Assembly (NCBI GenBank): GCA_051294375.1
Contig: CM119269.1
Coordinates: 23,107,497-23,171,496, forward strand
Direction: 5' to 3'
DNA from: Paraspadella gotoi
Taxonomy: Eukaryota > Animalia > Chaetognatha
DNA length: 64,000 nucleotides
In this document: piece after piece, positions 62,270 to 64,000 of the stretch
Numbering within the stretch: the stretch's first letter is position 1
How the letters are laid out: the number at the start of each line of letters is the position of its first letter
Position numbers and translations under genes: made by a program
Notes under the pieces: generated by a model
What the model saw: the letters and a program-made list of their open reading frames with translations, nothing else
Databases searched by the model: none
Told to the model about the DNA's origin: nothing

Positions 62270-64000
62270 ATGAATAATCAATGAATAATCAATGAGTAAT
62301 TATCAATGATAAAACAACTGAATGAATTTCCGATGAGAAATGAATCCGATGATGAATAAGTTCTTCAAAAGTTTCTTCCCGATCTGGGTGGTTCCAAGGG
62401 ACATGATATCTGGTGTTCCAGGGACATGATATTCTGAAATAAAAATATTTAGTAAAATATCATTAATGAAAATTAATTTAAATTTAAATTTAAATTCAAG
62501 GGAATGATATCTCTGAAATAAAAATAATTAGAAAATATCAATAATGAAAATGAATATTAATAAATTAATGATAAGACTAATTAGTCCCAGAGATGTGATA
62601 TCTGAGCTGGAAGAATAATATACAACTTTTAACCATAAAAATTATTACAATAACTCGCCTAAAAGATTTACATAGATAAATTCAAAAAAATAGCAAAATT
62701 GAAAATGAAATTTTACATATTATTAGTTTCTACAATTTTGCTCATTCTTGATTTAATATAAATTTTGATCAGAAACAAATCAATAATACTTAATTTTTCC
62801 TAGAACGACTCAAAACCTTATAAAAATTTGAATGATAATTTAACAATCACCAATAGCTCCCAACAAACAACACAACACAACATCAACAAACTCGCCTTGC
62901 AATGGCTCCCCGAGGAAGACGTTTCTGCATTTCCTGCATTTTTTTGAAAGGAAAAGCGCCGCCCAGATGATCGCGCCCCTTGAGCCCCGATGCGGCGTCG
63001 TGAGGGGCGCCGGAATGGCGGCGCCTCCTTGCCGGCATCGCCGCGTCCCCACAACCAAGGATCGTAGATTTGACGCGCGCGCCAAGGGCGTCAACTGTTG
63101 TCGAAGACCGAGCGCCGACCGGAACCCCGGGGCTCCGAGGAAGAGGAAGAGTTTTGTCGATGCCAAAGCGGGTCCGAGATCCCGTTCCAATTGCGTAATT
63201 CCTAACGAAGGCTCCGAAGAGCCCGCAGGCTGAAGCCCGCGCCCAAAGAGCCTCCCTGCGTGCCTCCCGGGCCGCCGCCGCGAAGGCCCCAACCCGCCTC
63301 TGCCAACGCTACCGCCGCCTCCGCCGACTGCGCCGTCGTAACTGGCCCGCTCTCTCGAAGAAGATTGATGATGCGAGCAGAATGATGCGTCCGCCTGAGT
63401 CGCTGCTTTCGATGCTTTCGTCGACTTCGCGATTGTCTGGGGGCTTGGTTCAAGCGCTCGATGATGAGCCGCCACGACAGACCGCCCGACGAGTTAGTTC
63501 GTTCTTGGCAAGAACACCAGCGCCGCCGCCGCCGCCGCCGCCCGCCGCCGCGAGGCCCAGTGCGGAGAGTAGAAGGGTTTGCCGGGCGAATGCGAAAGCA
63601 GCGAGAGGCGGCGGGTAGCGGCCGCCGCCCAATCCGCCGAGTCGCGCCTCCCGAGCCGAAGAAAGTCGATGTGCTGCAAGGGATGCTGCAGAAGGATGAT
63701 GATGATGTTTGCTGTGGTTGCTGCAAAGGGTCCGTCGCGAGGTGGGGGTCATCGTAGAGTAACTCAAAGTTTTGGTAAGGACCGCGGGCGCGGCGTCCAG
63801 GCGTAGGTGAGTTTGCTGCTGTTGGTGAGAAAGGTCAGCGCCTTTGGCCGATCGGCGTGGTTCACCATACGACGGGCAGACCGACGGACGGACCGACAGA
63901 CGGACCGACGCCTCCGCTCCGTACGCTGACAGAGAGACGTTGTCCGCGCGCCTTTGCTCCACTGAGAAGTCCGGCTAAGGAAGGAGCCGGCTGGAGCGGC
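62270..64000 (-). other. Indel-ridden duplicate of ~49430-51254 (large exon of the LITAF-domain gene); probable haplotig or mis-join
   Basis: Co-linear with 49430-51254, but the 378-codon frame is broken many times by 1-nt indels. Confidence 0.82.

Noticed and set aside
62017-64000. Chimeric gene fusing the Gly-rich exon copy to the SEA exon
   Set aside because: The copy is full of frameshifts, the junction sits in simple repeats at ~62270, and the phases are incompatible (phase 1 donor vs phase 2 acceptor). Probable mis-join.

Overview
AT-rich, intron-containing eukaryotic DNA from an invertebrate animal, probably a protostome given its Drosophila-like syndecan. The assembly is a draft: five N-gaps, three indel-ridden near-duplicate blocks and several single-base frameshifts. 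Manual splicing supports eight protein-coding genes, most of which the ORF track misses: (1) a syndecan, possibly carrying an in-frame ShKT exon (497-5719, +); (2,3) two tandem paralogous secreted, GPI-signal-bearing NtA/TIMP-like proteins (10847-14724 and 16038-18797, -); (4) a 9-exon homologue of the bacterial CO-producing hydrogenase maturase HypX/HoxX (21879-27665, +); (5,6) two tandem type-II membrane glycosyltransferase-like paralogues (30907-33327 and 35111-37010, -); (7) a LITAF-domain protein with a very long low-complexity N-terminus (44685-52009, -); (8) a partial SEA-domain/mucin-like gene (about 58.7-62.2 kb, -). Non-coding elements include a Penelope-type minimal hammerhead ribozyme, a CCA-bearing 3' half of tRNA-Lys, two tRNA-derived SINE-like families, Helentron/DINE-like and MITE-like repeats, and many micro- and minisatellites. 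All gene models were built by eye from GT/GC-AG sites and reading phase. Family assignments come from recalled motifs, not database searches.
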